The notes: generated by a model not told the origin, from the sequence alone. A DNA stretch of 64,000 nucleotides from Syntrophomonadaceae bacterium (GCA_003567725.1 PWYU01000052.1:3095-67094); one strand, 5' to 3'; counted from the first letter of the stretch, positions 19,168 to 29,933 are shown. A program made the numbers and translations.

Positions 19168-19276
19168 GGGGACGGTTCCATCGTCTTCCCTTCGACCTAC
19201 GCTGCGCTCCGGGACGCTCGAATCGTCCCCTTGGTGCCGCTTATCATTCAACAAGGGCCATAGGCTGAGTAGTTAC
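19168..19276 (-). repeat. MITE-like repeat, copy 3 (long variant B, one arm missing)
   Basis: GGGGACGGTTCCATCGTCTTCCCTTCGACCTACGCTGCGCTCCGGGACGCTCGAATCGTCCCC...GCTTATCATTCAACAAGGGCCATAGGCTGAGTAGTTAC. It lacks the GTAACTACTCAGGC...GCTAAGCCACA arm. Confidence 0.75.
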
Positions 19277-19288
19277 AAGAAACTTTAA

Positions 19289-20686
19289 TCAGCTGCCATA
19301 AAGTTTTTCTTCTTCCAGCAGGGCTTCCTGAACTTCTTTTTCCGGGTAGCCGCGGAAAGTTATAAAAGCCCCAAAGCTGGCCAGGGCAACCAACAATAAA
19401 GTAAGCTGCACTCCCAGCGGATCTGCAATATCCCGCCCAAAAACCGATAGCAGGAACCCAAAGACTGCACCGGCGATGGCAATAGTTATTTTCAAAGGAA
19501 CCGCCCGCGCTCCGAAAAATATCGCTTCCCGGCGGCCGCCGGTCTGGATAGCCTGTGAACGGGCTATCTCAGCAATAGTAGGATTTACCAGGATGCTGAA
19601 AGCAGCTGTCGGAACCCCGGCCAGAGTGAATAAAGCCACCCCAATGTAAAAAGCAATACCTGACATGTTAAAGCTGAGTAAGAATATGCCCAGGGTACAT
19701 AAAGCCAGAACAAGCGCAGAGATGCTCAAGATTTTACCTTTTCCATGCTTTTTGGCAGCAGCATTAATCAGGGGAAAGGCTAAGAGGGCCGTCCCAAAAA
19801 CAAGCACGGCCAAAACGGTCATAAACCTCTGTTCCTGCCGGAATATGACCACAGTGTAATAAAGCATGCCCAGGGTGACCAGGTTCATGGAAAACTGCAT
19901 GAAAACTTCACCAAGGACAAAACGGCGGAAGGGAAGTACTTTTAAGGTTTGAAGCATTGATTGTCGAAGCCCCAACCGTTCAGAAGTAACCGGGCAGCAA
20001 TGCTTTGTTTCATTAAAACTCAAAGCAGCAGCAAGCAATAAAAGCATTGCGGGAAAAGCTCCCAGGGTAACAGCAAAGCGATATGATGCACGCAGCTCCA
20101 TTCCGGCATCCTGGAGGCGGCTAACCAGCTCAGGAAATATGACGGTAACAAGAATCATACCCATCAGGCCGAAAAGGGCAACAAAAGTTGAAAGGTTAAT
20201 CCGAATGGCATCTGTATGACCCAGCTCAGATAGCAATGATAAATAAGGGTTAACATAGGCTGTAAAAGCCAGATAGAATAAGCCCATCATTAAAGCCAGC
20301 CAAATACCATTGACAATATGTTCCTGACCGGGATAGGGTGGGTTAAAAATAAGAATGGTAAAAGCAGCCAAAGGCACAGCACTGAATAATAAAAAGGGTT
20401 TGCGCCTGCCCATACCCAATCGCAAATTATCGCTAATGGTAGCAACAACCGGATCTGCTGCTGCATCGACAATTCTGCCCAGTGCCAGAGCAGCTCCCAG
20501 AACTGTGACCAGCCCCATAAAAGTCTCTTCAGGAACCAGGTTTGGCAGGTTGTACTCCCTGGGAGGCAAGAAATAGAAAGGAACGTAGAGCAAAATCAAC
20601 CTTTCCAGCATGGTAAAAGCAGCGCTCCCCCCGGCATAGATTAACCGTGCAGTCCTTGTCAAACTGATGGCAAGATGATTAGCCAC
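19289..20686 (-). CDS. MFS transporter, glycoside-pentoside-hexuronide (MelB/GPH)-like
   Basis: 465 aa with about 12 TM helices. The N-terminal loop motif GRIVDAAADPVVATISD is typical of GPH-family symporters. GTG start after GGTGGAGG. Confidence 0.7.
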   Translation of the reverse strand: MANHLAISLTRTARLIYAGGSAAFTMLERLILLYVPFYFLPPREYNLPNLVPEETFMGLVTVLGAALALGRIVDAAADPVVATISDNLRLGMGRRKPFLLFSAVPLAAFTILIFNPPYPGQEHIVNGIWLALMMGLFYLAFTAYVNPYLSLLSELGHTDAIRINLSTFVALFGLMGMILVTVIFPELVSRLQDAGMELRASYRFAVTLGAFPAMLLLLAAALSFNETKHCCPVTSERLGLRQSMLQTLKVLPFRRFVLGEVFMQFSMNLVTLGMLYYTVVIFRQEQRFMTVLAVLVFGTALLAFPLINAAAKKHGKGKILSISALVLALCTLGIFLLSFNMSGIAFYIGVALFTLAGVPTAAFSILVNPTIAEIARSQAIQTGGRREAIFFGARAVPLKITIAIAGAVFGFLLSVFGRDIADPLGVQLTLLLVALASFGAFITFRGYPEKEVQEALLEEEKLYGS

Positions 20687-20740
20687 TTAATACCTCCACC
20701 TGGATTCTTATTCATGCTGCTCGGCACATTAATGACAGTA

Positions 20741-20860
20741 TAAGCCACAGGGGACGGTTCCACCGTCTCCCTTTCGGCCTTAAAGCTATGCTTTAAGGGA
20801 CTTTCGAACCGTCCGCATGGCGCCGCTTATCATTAAGCAAAGACAATAGGCTGAGTAGTT
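20741..20860 (-). repeat. MITE-like repeat, copy 4 (long variant A, one arm missing)
   Basis: TAAGCCACAGGGGACGGTTCCACCGTC...GGCCTTAAAGCTATGCTTTAAGGGA...CGCCGCTTATCATTAAGCAAAGACAATAGGCTGAGTAGTT. Same orientation as copy 3. Confidence 0.75.
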
Positions 20861-21039
20861 TAGATAAATAAAAAGAAGCAATACCTGTTATTTAAAGCCT
20901 ATTATCCTGATCTAAAGGTCCTCTTATGGCATGACGGTAAAGGCCTTTGCCATTTTGTCAACTGTATTATAACAAAAGGCAGCTCAAACTAGCATTGAAC
21001 TGCCCGGACCAGGTTTGCTCAAAAATATTAATGCCTGGA

Positions 21040-21231
21040 TTATTCAATAATCATAGAATCGTTGCTTTCATCCCAGCTTAGCCCTTTATCGATGGCGAAC
21101 TCCTGCGGCTCTTTAAGCATGGGATATACTTTAATTTTTTTCGCTTCCAAATCAAGGGTATATTTAGTAATATTGTCTGCAATTTTATTTTCTTCTTCTG
21201 CGCTGCCTTTGTATAAAGTGATCATGCACAT
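21040..21231 (-). CDS. hypothetical small protein
   Basis: 63-aa ORF in an otherwise non-coding AT-rich region. GGGAGG lies upstream. No family recognised. Confidence 0.3.
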   Translation of the reverse strand: MCMITLYKGSAEEENKIADNITKYTLDLEAKKIKVYPMLKEPQEFAIDKGLSWDESNDSMIIE

Positions 21232-21692
21232 AGCTTATTAAACCTCCCAATTTTGGCATTATGCCGTTTTAACTGCTGCAGCTTTATTAAAAAATATCTT
21301 TAAGCTCTATATTATAATTATAGATCTTTTTATCAGCGGAGGAAAGCATAAAATCATTATTCGGCGACTCCTAAACAAAGCAGCTCCTGTTCCTTTCTGG
21401 GAATTCAGTTTTAACACCTTAAGCGGGTCTCGTTCTATTTCTAATCCCTGTAATTTATTTAAACCGATCTAAAGTCTCCACGGCCAATGATTGTTAGCAT
21501 TTTTATGAAAATATCTCAGCTTTAACGGCCTTGTTTTTATGCTTTAGCCAGGTTATTGTTATAAACCATATTAAGAAGGCTATTCTTTTGTTATAATAAA
21601 AGCAAATATGAATTATGACTTGCCTGATAATTATACAACCTGTTTAAAGGCGGTATTTTTACCTCCCTTAGATAAACTAAGGAGTGTTTCTG

Positions 21693-22424
21693 TTGAATAG
21701 CGATTTGATTGGAACCATAATTTTAATGACCTATTATGTGTTTGTGGTGGCTTTATTGCCGGTATTGTTTAAATACTGGTTTAAAATTCCCACTGAATAC
21801 GTACGAAAAATGCACCATGTGGGATACAGCCTTTCCATATTTATACTACTTCAATTGTTCAGCACCTGGTATATGGCTGTTGGAGCTGCCTTTTTACTGG
21901 TAATTCTCGGCTATCCAGCCCTTTTATTGCTTGAAAAAACAGCTGTTTATAAAAGATTGTTTGTCGATCGATCCAAAAACAAGGGTGAGCTTCGCAAACA
22001 ACTCATCTATGTACAGCTCAGTTTTGCCCTGCTCATTTATATTTTCTGGGGCTTGCTGGGAACCAGCTGGCACTATATTGCCGCTGTGGCTGTAATGGCC
22101 TGGGGATTTGGTGATGCTGCTGCCGCCCTGGTAGGTACAAGCATTGGTCGACGTAGATTAATCCACCGCTATATAGAAAGAGCAAAAACCATTGAAGGAA
22201 CCGCTGCCATGATCGCCACCGCCTCTGTTGCCCTCTTTTTAACCCTGGTTTTTTATGCCGGGTTATCATGGCTGCCCAGTTTACTCATAACCATTGTAGC
22301 CGCTCCCGTATGTGGGATACTAGAGCTATTCTCCAAGAAAGGGCTGGATACACTCACGGTTCCGCTTGGCACTTCATTTATCATTCTACCTTTAGCCTAT
22401 TTGTTTATGTTCCTGGGGTGGTAG
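21693..22424 (+). CDS. polyprenol/phytol kinase-like membrane protein (CTP-dependent kinase / CdsA superfamily)
   Basis: Polytopic. GDAAAALVGTSIGRRRL...KTIEGTAAM resembles the dolichol/phytol kinase motif. TTG 21693 is preferred because GGAG lies at 21681-21684; the track start is 21684. Confidence 0.55.
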   Translation: MNSDLIGTIILMTYYVFVVALLPVLFKYWFKIPTEYVRKMHHVGYSLSIFILLQLFSTWYMAVGAAFLLVILGYPALLLLEKTAVYKRLFVDRSKNKGELRKQLIYVQLSFALLIYIFWGLLGTSWHYIAAVAVMAWGFGDAAAALVGTSIGRRRLIHRYIERAKTIEGTAAMIATASVALFLTLVFYAGLSWLPSLLITIVAAPVCGILELFSKKGLDTLTVPLGTSFIILPLAYLFMFLGW

Positions 22425-22425
22425 A

Positions 22426-23082
22426 ATGACCCCGCTATCAGAAGAGCAAATTGCCAGCCGCGAAAAAACTTTGATCACAGCCTTGCTTCTTAGTATGTGG
22501 GCCCCTCTGACAACAGGTATAGCTGTAATTTTAAGCCAATCCACTACCCAACTGGCAGACTTTATCCGCCGCAGTGTTGAGTTAATCGCCCTGTTTATAT
22601 CCTGGAGGGTCTTCCGCTCCGTGGAAAAAGGACAGAAAGTAAGTTTCGAAAAAAAAGCACGTCTGGAGAAAATAGCCGGGCTGAGCGTAGCCATAGCTTT
22701 ATGCACCTCCGGGTTGATCATGTTTATGATCACCCTGGTCCGGATGGATACTTTTGAACCGGGAGGAAATGTCTACCCCGGCTTGGCCATCGCCACACTG
22801 GGCTTAATCACAAACTCCTGGTTCTGGCGTCGATACACCAAAATGACAGCCGAGCAATACAACCCGGTCATCGATTCGCAGCGCATGATGTACCGGGCTA
22901 AAACCGTAGTCGATTTTTGCGTTATCGCTGCCCTTTCTGCTGTGGTGATTGATCCTGCTTCGCCAGCTACCCGTTATATAGATGCCCTGGGATCATTAGC
23001 AGTTTCCATTTACCTGGTTTGGAGCGGTATTGGAACCTTAAAAACAAACCTGAAATTAAAACTCAGGCGAGCCATCAGGTGA
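22426..23082 (+). CDS. cation-diffusion-facilitator-like membrane protein (TM domain only)
   Basis: 218 aa with 6 TM helices. The TM1-TM2 region SQSTTQLADFIRRSVELIALFISW loosely resembles the CDF signature. ATG lies 1 nt after the upstream stop. Assignment is tentative. Confidence 0.4.
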   Translation: MTPLSEEQIASREKTLITALLLSMWAPLTTGIAVILSQSTTQLADFIRRSVELIALFISWRVFRSVEKGQKVSFEKKARLEKIAGLSVAIALCTSGLIMFMITLVRMDTFEPGGNVYPGLAIATLGLITNSWFWRRYTKMTAEQYNPVIDSQRMMYRAKTVVDFCVIAALSAVVIDPASPATRYIDALGSLAVSIYLVWSGIGTLKTNLKLKLRRAIR

Positions 23083-23161
23083 AGGCTCGGAATTGCCGGT
23101 AAAGCGAGCTCTGAAGCGAACAACCTGGCAGGGCCTGGTGCTTCATGGTTTAAAAGCCGGC

Positions 23162-24184
23162 TTATAACGGCAATATTCTGCCCATACCTTTATCCAGGGC
23201 CCGTCTGAAGACTTCCTTGCCAACCACTACGTCACATACCGCCATACCGATATTACTGCATACTATCAGTTCATCAGGGTTTTCTCGACCCGGACTTGCG
23301 TTTGCTAACATTTCACCTGTTTCGCAGGAAATATCAGGCAGTCCACCAGGGAAATATCCCATTTCAGCAAAAAGTTGATGCTCTTCAGCGCTGTCAACAA
23401 TATACTTATCCGCTCTTTTCGATATGGCAGGATCCCAGAAGGTATTAAGATCACAGGGCAAGATAGTTTGCCCCCCCGATACCCATTCATCTTTGACAAC
23501 AGATAACTGCTCCAGCAGAATAACTGTTGCAGAGCTCATAACTTCGCAATTCCTGGCTACTGTTTCGGGATCTTGAGCACAAATTATTTCAGCATTAATT
23601 TCCGGCTGCACTGTTTTAACCAGATTATCCATGACCTCTTCCTTGATGTCGTATACATATACTTTTTTCAAGTTTGGCAGGGTGTGGACTATAAAACGGC
23701 AGTGTTCAACCCCCTGTACGCCGCAGCCATACATCCCAAAAGTTTCGGCATCAGGATGAAGGACTTTAGCAGCCAGGCTGGTAACAGCCGGGGTACGCAT
23801 GGCCGTTACCCAGGTTGCGTCCATCAAAGCCAGCGGGCAACCCGATTCCACATCGTTTATGATCAAAAGTCCGGTGGTCTGGGGCAAGTTAAATTTTGAA
23901 GGGTTGGAAGGATAACATTCAATCCACTTCAAACCCACCACATTCCTGGAAGGAACATAGGCCGGCATGGCATGGTAAAAAACCTCTTCATAGGGATGCA
24001 CCCCTATTTTAGCCGGCATCTCATATTCTTTTTTGCCGTGAGCAATTAAGGCACTTTGAGTCAAAGCGAGAATGTCTTCAATTGAAGGCCCGGCTTTTTT
24101 TACATCTTCGAGAGTTAAATAAAGCATTTCCTTACCAATATTCAGCTTTTCCATAATCCAGTCACGCTCATTTGCTGGATCCAT
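23162..24184 (-). CDS. ornithine cyclodeaminase/mu-crystallin family protein
   Basis: 340 aa. It has the family N-terminus (LYLTLEDVKK), the Rossmann motif GMYGCGVQG and the WVSGGQTILP segment typical of OCD/mu-crystallin enzymes. Confidence 0.7.
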   Translation of the reverse strand: MDPANERDWIMEKLNIGKEMLYLTLEDVKKAGPSIEDILALTQSALIAHGKKEYEMPAKIGVHPYEEVFYHAMPAYVPSRNVVGLKWIECYPSNPSKFNLPQTTGLLIINDVESGCPLALMDATWVTAMRTPAVTSLAAKVLHPDAETFGMYGCGVQGVEHCRFIVHTLPNLKKVYVYDIKEEVMDNLVKTVQPEINAEIICAQDPETVARNCEVMSSATVILLEQLSVVKDEWVSGGQTILPCDLNTFWDPAISKRADKYIVDSAEEHQLFAEMGYFPGGLPDISCETGEMLANASPGRENPDELIVCSNIGMAVCDVVVGKEVFRRALDKGMGRILPL

Positions 24185-24248
24185 ACTGATACCCCCCTTA
24201 TTTAATTTTTACCTGAAAAAGGAGTCACCTTAGATTTATTGCTCATCA

Positions 24249-24290
24249 TCGGCCTTAAAGCTGCGCTTTAAGGGACGTTCGGAACGCTGC
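24249..24290 (-). repeat. fragment of the MITE-like repeat (inner hairpin, variant A)
   Basis: TCGGCCTTAAAGCTGCGCTTTAAGGGACGTTCGGAACG closely matches the inner part of copy 4 (TCGGCCTTAAAGCTATGCTTTAAGGGACTTTCGAACCG). No terminal repeats are present. Confidence 0.55.
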
Positions 24291-24302
24291 TGTTAAGCGG
24301 GT

Positions 24303-25697
24303 TTAAAATTCACAGGAATTGACTGTTCGGGGAAAGGGGATTACGTCCCTGATGTTACTCACTCCAGTTAAATACATCAGGATCCTTTCAAACCCCAGTC
24401 CAAACCCGGCATGCTTCACTCCACCATATTTTCGCAGTTCCATGTACCACCAAAGGTCATTTTTGTTGATCTTAAAATGAGCCATATTTTGCTCCAAAAC
24501 ATGGGCCCGCTCTTCTCTCTGGCTGCCGCCGATTATTTCCCCCACTCCGGGGACCAGTAAATCCATGGCAGCAACCGTATTTTGATCATCATTCACCCGC
24601 ATGTAAAAAGCTTTAATATCTCTGGGATAACCGGTCACGAAAACCGGCTTTTGATAGATTGTTTCGGTCAGGCATCTTTCATGTTCGGTTTGCAAATCTT
24701 TACCCCATTCTACGGGGTATTCAAATTTTTGCTTTATTTTTTTCAAGGCTTCAATCGCTTCTGCATAGGTAATACGGGCAAATTCAGCATTCGCGATCTG
24801 TTTTAGCTTTTCTTTCAATCCCTTATCAACAAACTGATTAAAAAAGTCCATTTCTGTTACTGCCTTGTCGAGCAGGTAGTTGATCAGGTACTTAACCATC
24901 TCTTCAGCCAGATCCATATTATCTTTTAAATCAGCAAAGGCAATCTCCGGTTCAATCATCCAAAACTCGGCCGCATGGCGGGGAGTGTTGGAGTTTTCAG
25001 CCCGGAAGGTCGGCCCAAAAGTATAAACATCCTTAAATGCCAGGGCAAATATTTCTGCTTCCAGCTGGCCGCTGACAGTAAGGTTGGTTTTTTTACCGAA
25101 AAAGTCGCTGGAATAATCAACCTTCCCACTGTCTTTAAGAGGGGGATCTTTGGGATCGAGGGTAGTAACCCGGAAAAGTTCACCTGCCCCTTCAGCGTCA
25201 TTGGCAGTAATAATAGGAGAATGTAAATAAACAAACCCTCGTTCCTGAAAAAATTGATGGACGGCATAAGCCAGCAGAGATCGGACCCTGAAAACGGCAT
25301 TGAACAGGTTGGTCCGGGGGCGCAGGTGGGCCATCTCTCTTAAGAATTCCCGGCTGTGCCTTTTGGGCTGAATCGGATAATCGGAAGGAGAGTCGCCTTC
25401 TAACTGTACCTCGGTCGCTTTAATTTCAAAGAGCTGTCTTGCTTCGGGTGTGAGCACCAGTTTCCCGGTGGCCTGAATAGCAGAACCAACCCTCATTGCC
25501 GCAATCTGATCGTAGTTTGGCAGTAATTCTCTTTCATAAACAATCTGGATTGTATTAAAGTGGGTTCCGTCATTGAGGGCTATAAACCCGAAAGATTTTT
25601 GATCCCGGTTATTTCTGACCCAGCCGTTCACCGTTACTTCTTTTTCCGCAAATTCTTCTGCATCGGCAACCAGCTGCCTGACTGTTACTTTATCCAT
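24303..25697 (-). CDS. asnS: asparagine--tRNA ligase
   Basis: 464 aa with class II motifs, including the AsnRS-specific [21 protein letters not shown] and a C-terminal GFGLGFERI. Confidence 0.93.
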   Translation of the reverse strand: MDKVTVRQLVADAEEFAEKEVTVNGWVRNNRDQKSFGFIALNDGTHFNTIQIVYERELLPNYDQIAAMRVGSAIQATGKLVLTPEARQLFEIKATEVQLEGDSPSDYPIQPKRHSREFLREMAHLRPRTNLFNAVFRVRSLLAYAVHQFFQERGFVYLHSPIITANDAEGAGELFRVTTLDPKDPPLKDSGKVDYSSDFFGKKTNLTVSGQLEAEIFALAFKDVYTFGPTFRAENSNTPRHAAEFWMIEPEIAFADLKDNMDLAEEMVKYLINYLLDKAVTEMDFFNQFVDKGLKEKLKQIANAEFARITYAEAIEALKKIKQKFEYPVEWGKDLQTEHERCLTETIYQKPVFVTGYPRDIKAFYMRVNDDQNTVAAMDLLVPGVGEIIGGSQREERAHVLEQNMAHFKINKNDLWWYMELRKYGGVKHAGFGLGFERILMYLTGVSNIRDVIPFPRTVNSCEF

Positions 25698-25854
25698 CCT
25701 TATCCCCCTTAATCTTTGCGATCATCCTAAGCCATCATTCACAATTTACGTCGAAGAATCAAAGTTTAGCGGCTGCAACAATTACAAAAACCACAGCGAT
25801 TATTATTAGTGTTTCAGCAAACCTTTCCTGGTTATTTTTCCACTTTCCTCTACC

Positions 25855-27564
25855 CTACTTTTTCTTGATCTTAGCCCAGCTGTCTTTAAGGGGAACGATG
25901 CGATTAAAAACCAGTTTATCATCTTTTGTAGCTACAGGATCATAGTAAAAGTAGCCTTTGCGCAGGAATTGAAAACGAGAACCCGGATCCGCTGCAGCGA
26001 CGGCCGGTTCGGATGGAACATTTTCACAAACCAGAAGCGACCGCGGATTAATATTATCAGTAAAATCTACATCTTTTTCTTCCTCAGGGTTTTCAATACT
26101 AAAAAGGTTATCGTATAGATTTACCTTGATCCAGGCAGCATGTACAACAGAAACCCAGTGGATAACCCCTTTAACTTTCTTGCCGCTGGTATCGGCTCCA
26201 CTTTTGGTCTGAGGATCGTAACTGCAGCGCAGCTCGACAACATTACCCTCGCTGTCTTTAATCACTTCTTCACATTGGATGATATATGCTCCCTTGAGGC
26301 GGACTTCCCTGCCCGGAGCCAGCCGGAAAAATTTTTTCGGCGGGTCTTCCATAAAATCGTCCCGCTCGATATAGAGGGTCCTGCTGAAAGGTACTTTCCT
26401 GGTTCCGGCACTTTCATCGCCGGGGATATTTTCCATTTCGGTCATTTCAGTATTACCTTCCGGCCAGTTTGTAATAACCAGCTTGATCGGATCGAGCACA
26501 GCCATCAAACGCGGTGCAGAAGTTTCAAGTTCTTCACGGATACAGTGTTCAAGCAAAGCCAGGTCGGCTGTGCTGTCGGCCCGTGAAACTCCCACCCGTT
26601 CCTGGAAGTCGGCGATGGAAGTAGGAGAAAAACCTCTCCTGCGCATACCGGCAATGGTCGGCATGCGGGGATCATCCCAGCTCTCTACATATTTTTCCTC
26701 CACCAAGCGGCGCAGTTTACGCTTGCTCATAACAGTATAGGTCAGGTTTAAACGGGCAAATTCAGTCTGCCGGGATCGAAACGCGATTGCTTCAGGATAG
26801 AGTGCCACTGCATTATCGACAATCCAATCATATAGCGGGCGGTGATCAGTATATTCTATTGAACAAAGCGAATGAGTGATGCCCTCGTGAGCGTCGGAAA
26901 AAGGATGATCAAAATCATACATAGGATAAATACACCATTTATCACCGGTCCGGTGATGAGCCGAATGCAAGATCCGGTAAAGAACAGGGTCACGCATGTT
27001 CAGGTTACCCGCAGCCATGTCAATCCTGGCCCGAAGCACCCGGCTGCCGTCTGGAAACTCACCACTGCGCATCCGCTTGAAAAGATCGAGATTCTCTTCC
27101 ACAGAACGGTTGCGGTAAGGGCTTTCTTTTCCCGGTTCAGTTAAAGTTCCCCGGTACTCTCTGATCTGCTCCTGGTCCAAATCACAGACATAAGCCTTTC
27201 CGGCTTTGATCAGACGCAGGGCAAATTCATATTTTGCTTCAAAATAGTCTGAGCTGAAAAAAAGACGTTCTTGCCAGTCTGCACCCAACCAGCGCAGATC
27301 TTCCATAATCGAATCGACAAATTCCTGCTCTTCTTTGATCGGGTTGGTATCATCAAAACGAAGGTTAAACTTGCCGCCAAAAATCTTAGCCAGCCTATAG
27401 TTGAGCAGAACTGCCCGGGCATGGCCGATATGCAGGTATCCATTAGGTTCAGGGGGGAAACGGGTATGCACGCATTTATCACCGAGCACTCCTTTTTCCA
27501 AATCTTCTTTGATCATGTTGTAAATAAAATTAGTCATAACTGCGGTTTCGGTTTCTTTAGCCAT
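25855..27564 (-). CDS. glnS: glutamine--tRNA ligase
   Basis: [16 protein letters not shown] (HIGH) and VMSKR (KMSKS) motifs with a GlnRS-type C-terminal anticodon domain. ATG 27564 is preferred because the track's GTG 27573 lies inside the AAGGTGA RBS. Confidence 0.9.
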   Translation of the reverse strand: MAKETETAVMTNFIYNMIKEDLEKGVLGDKCVHTRFPPEPNGYLHIGHARAVLLNYRLAKIFGGKFNLRFDDTNPIKEEQEFVDSIMEDLRWLGADWQERLFFSSDYFEAKYEFALRLIKAGKAYVCDLDQEQIREYRGTLTEPGKESPYRNRSVEENLDLFKRMRSGEFPDGSRVLRARIDMAAGNLNMRDPVLYRILHSAHHRTGDKWCIYPMYDFDHPFSDAHEGITHSLCSIEYTDHRPLYDWIVDNAVALYPEAIAFRSRQTEFARLNLTYTVMSKRKLRRLVEEKYVESWDDPRMPTIAGMRRRGFSPTSIADFQERVGVSRADSTADLALLEHCIREELETSAPRLMAVLDPIKLVITNWPEGNTEMTEMENIPGDESAGTRKVPFSRTLYIERDDFMEDPPKKFFRLAPGREVRLKGAYIIQCEEVIKDSEGNVVELRCSYDPQTKSGADTSGKKVKGVIHWVSVVHAAWIKVNLYDNLFSIENPEEEKDVDFTDNINPRSLLVCENVPSEPAVAAADPGSRFQFLRKGYFYYDPVATKDDKLVFNRIVPLKDSWAKIKKK

Positions 27565-27709
27565 ATCAATCACCTTTTTAATCTTTCGGAACCGGCACTG
27601 CGGCCCTTATTATTATCTCTTAAGCATCCCCACAAGTTGAAGCTGAATATATTTTAATTCAACGACCAGGCTTAAAAACCTTCCTTACCGGTCATATTAG
27701 CTTATTCAA

Positions 27710-27871
27710 TTAGCGCTTTATAACTGGAAGCAGGAAAATGGCAACAGCCATGATAAAACACAATGTCCCTGCAATCATTAACAGATCGCCATCGCGAATA
27801 GATGCTATGAGATAAATGATCCCGCATAGCAGAAACAACAGCCAGCCAGTTAAATGCAAACGGGGGTTCAT
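27710..27871 (-). CDS. possible 53-aa two-TM small protein (below ORF-track cut-off)
   Basis: Hand translation gives MNPRLHLTGWLLFLLCGIIYLIASIRDGDLLMIAGTLCFIMAVAIFLLPVIKR. ATG lies 3 nt downstream of the glmS stop. Confidence 0.35.
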   Translation of the reverse strand: MNPRLHLTGWLLFLLCGIIYLIASIRDGDLLMIAGTLCFIMAVAIFLLPVIKR

Positions 27872-27874
27872 TGT

Positions 27875-29713
27875 TTATTCCACCGTCACGCTTTTCGCCA
27901 GATTACGGGGCTTATCAACTGAACAGTCCCTGGTGACAGCAGTGTAATAGGCAATCAACTGAGTAGGAACTACACTTAAAACCGGGGTCAAAACATCTAT
28001 TACTGCCGGTAAGTAAAAAACAGATTCGACCTGCCTGGAAACATCGTCAAAGTCTTCCCGGGTTATGGCAAAAACTGCTCCACCCCGGGCATTGACTACC
28101 TGAATATTGCTCAGGGTTTTATCAAGAATTGCTTCCTGGGTAGCCAGGGCAACTACCGGCATTCCTTCTTCAATCAAGGCCAACGGGCCATGTTTAAGTT
28201 CACCGGCGGCACATGCCTCGGCGTGAATGTAGGATATTTCTTTAAGCTTTAAAGCTCCCTCCATGGCTACAGGATAATCCAGGTTGCGGCCTATAAAAAA
28301 AGCATTGTTCCATTTAACAAGGTGTTCACAGTAAGTTTTTATTGCTGCCCTGCTCTCTTCAGATAAAATCTGTTTTAACTGTCCCGGAATAGCCAGTAAC
28401 CCTTGAACCAGCTCAGCGGCTTGCCGCGGTTCAATATTTTTTCGAGCTTGACCAAAAAAGGCGGCAACCAGGTACAACGCTATCAACTGCGTTACATAAG
28501 CCTTAGTGGAAGCAACCGCTATTTCAGGTCCGGCCCAGGTATACAGGACCCGGTCTGCTTCCCGAGAAACGCTGCTTCCAACCACATTGGTTATGGCCAG
28601 AACTTTAAGCCCTTTAGATCGGGCCATCCGCAAACCGGCCAGGGTATCGGCAGTTTCGCCAGACTGGCTGATCACAATGGCCAACTGGTTGGGATTAAGA
28701 AGCGGATCGCGATAGCGAAACTCTGAGGCAACATCAACTTCTACAGGTATGCCGGCAATTTTTTCAATAGCCATTTTACCGATCAATCCGGCATGATAAG
28801 CGGTGCCGCAGGCAATAATAAAGATCTTTTCTATTTTAGATAGCTCTTGAGCTGAAAACTCTAATTCCGTCAGATCAACTTTGTTGGCTTCTAAATCCAC
28901 CCTTTGACGTAAAGTCTCTCGCACGGCATCGGGCTGCTCCATGATTTCTTTGAGCATAAAATGATCATAGCCGCCTTTTTCAGCGGCCTCCTGATCCCAG
29001 GTTACTTCAAAAATATCCTTTTCAACAGGCAAACCCTCTTTATCGAAAAGCTCAACCTTTTCAGAAGTAATCGAGGCAAATTCACCGTCGTCCATAATAC
29101 AGGTTTTACGGGTATGCGCAAGCAGGGCCGGGATATCAGAAGCAACATAGTTTTCTCCCTCGCCAAGCCCGATAATCAAAGGGCTGTCTTGACGGGCGCA
29201 TACCAGCAAATCAGGCTCTTTAGAGCAAGCCACTACAAGAGCGTAAGAACCTTCAACTTCAGACATTGCCCTGCGTACCGTTTTTAGCAAATCACCATCA
29301 TAATAATATTCAATTAAATGAGCCAGTACTTCACTGTCAGTTTCAGAACGGAATTTGATACCGGCCTCTTCACTTAAACGCTTGCGTAAAACGCGGTGAT
29401 TTTCAATAATACCATTGTGGACGACTACAATTTCACCGGAAGCGCTGCTGTGAGGATGGGCATTCATATCGGTTGGCGGGCCGTGGGTGGCCCAGCGGGT
29501 ATGCCCCACACCTGCCCTGAAAGTTTTATGTTTATCTTCGAGCAATTTTTCCAGGTCAGCAACTGAACCGGCCGCCTTAGTGATAATTAACTGCCCGTTT
29601 TCATGGAAGGCTACACCGGCAGAATCATACCCACGGTATTCCAACTTCTTCAAACCTTCAATCAAAACCAGGCCTGCAGCCCTGGTTCCGATATAGCCGA
29701 CTATACCGCACAT
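27875..29713 (-). CDS. glmS: glutamine--fructose-6-phosphate aminotransferase
   Basis: 612 aa with an MCGIVGY N-terminal nucleophile, two SIS domains and a C-terminal KSVTVE. Confidence 0.95.
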   Translation of the reverse strand: MCGIVGYIGTRAAGLVLIEGLKKLEYRGYDSAGVAFHENGQLIITKAAGSVADLEKLLEDKHKTFRAGVGHTRWATHGPPTDMNAHPHSSASGEIVVVHNGIIENHRVLRKRLSEEAGIKFRSETDSEVLAHLIEYYYDGDLLKTVRRAMSEVEGSYALVVACSKEPDLLVCARQDSPLIIGLGEGENYVASDIPALLAHTRKTCIMDDGEFASITSEKVELFDKEGLPVEKDIFEVTWDQEAAEKGGYDHFMLKEIMEQPDAVRETLRQRVDLEANKVDLTELEFSAQELSKIEKIFIIACGTAYHAGLIGKMAIEKIAGIPVEVDVASEFRYRDPLLNPNQLAIVISQSGETADTLAGLRMARSKGLKVLAITNVVGSSVSREADRVLYTWAGPEIAVASTKAYVTQLIALYLVAAFFGQARKNIEPRQAAELVQGLLAIPGQLKQILSEESRAAIKTYCEHLVKWNNAFFIGRNLDYPVAMEGALKLKEISYIHAEACAAGELKHGPLALIEEGMPVVALATQEAILDKTLSNIQVVNARGGAVFAITREDFDDVSRQVESVFYLPAVIDVLTPVLSVVPTQLIAYYTAVTRDCSVDKPRNLAKSVTVE

Positions 29714-29788
29714 ATATTGTCCCCCCGTATTTTTTTAAGATTGGTTTCAGTCTGCATCACTGGCCGTTGTTTAACTTAACAGACTGCA

Positions 29789-29933
29789 TTAACTGCTCAG
29801 GCGTAGTCCGCCAAGCCACAGTGGATGTTTCCATCGTTTGCCCTTCGGCTTTAAAGCTAAGCTTAAAGGGACGCTCAAACCACTCCCATAGCGCCGCTTA
29901 TCATTCAACAAGGGCAATAGGCTGAGTAGCTAC
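29789..29933 (-). mobile_element. MITE-like repeat, copy 6 (long variant A, full length but degenerate)
   Basis: TTAACTGCTCAGGCGTAGTCCGCCAAGCCACAG...GGCTTTAAAGCTAAGCTTAAAGGG...GCGCCGCTTATCATTCAACAAGGGCAATAGGCTGAGTAGCTAC. It fills most of the glmM-glmS spacer. Confidence 0.75.
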
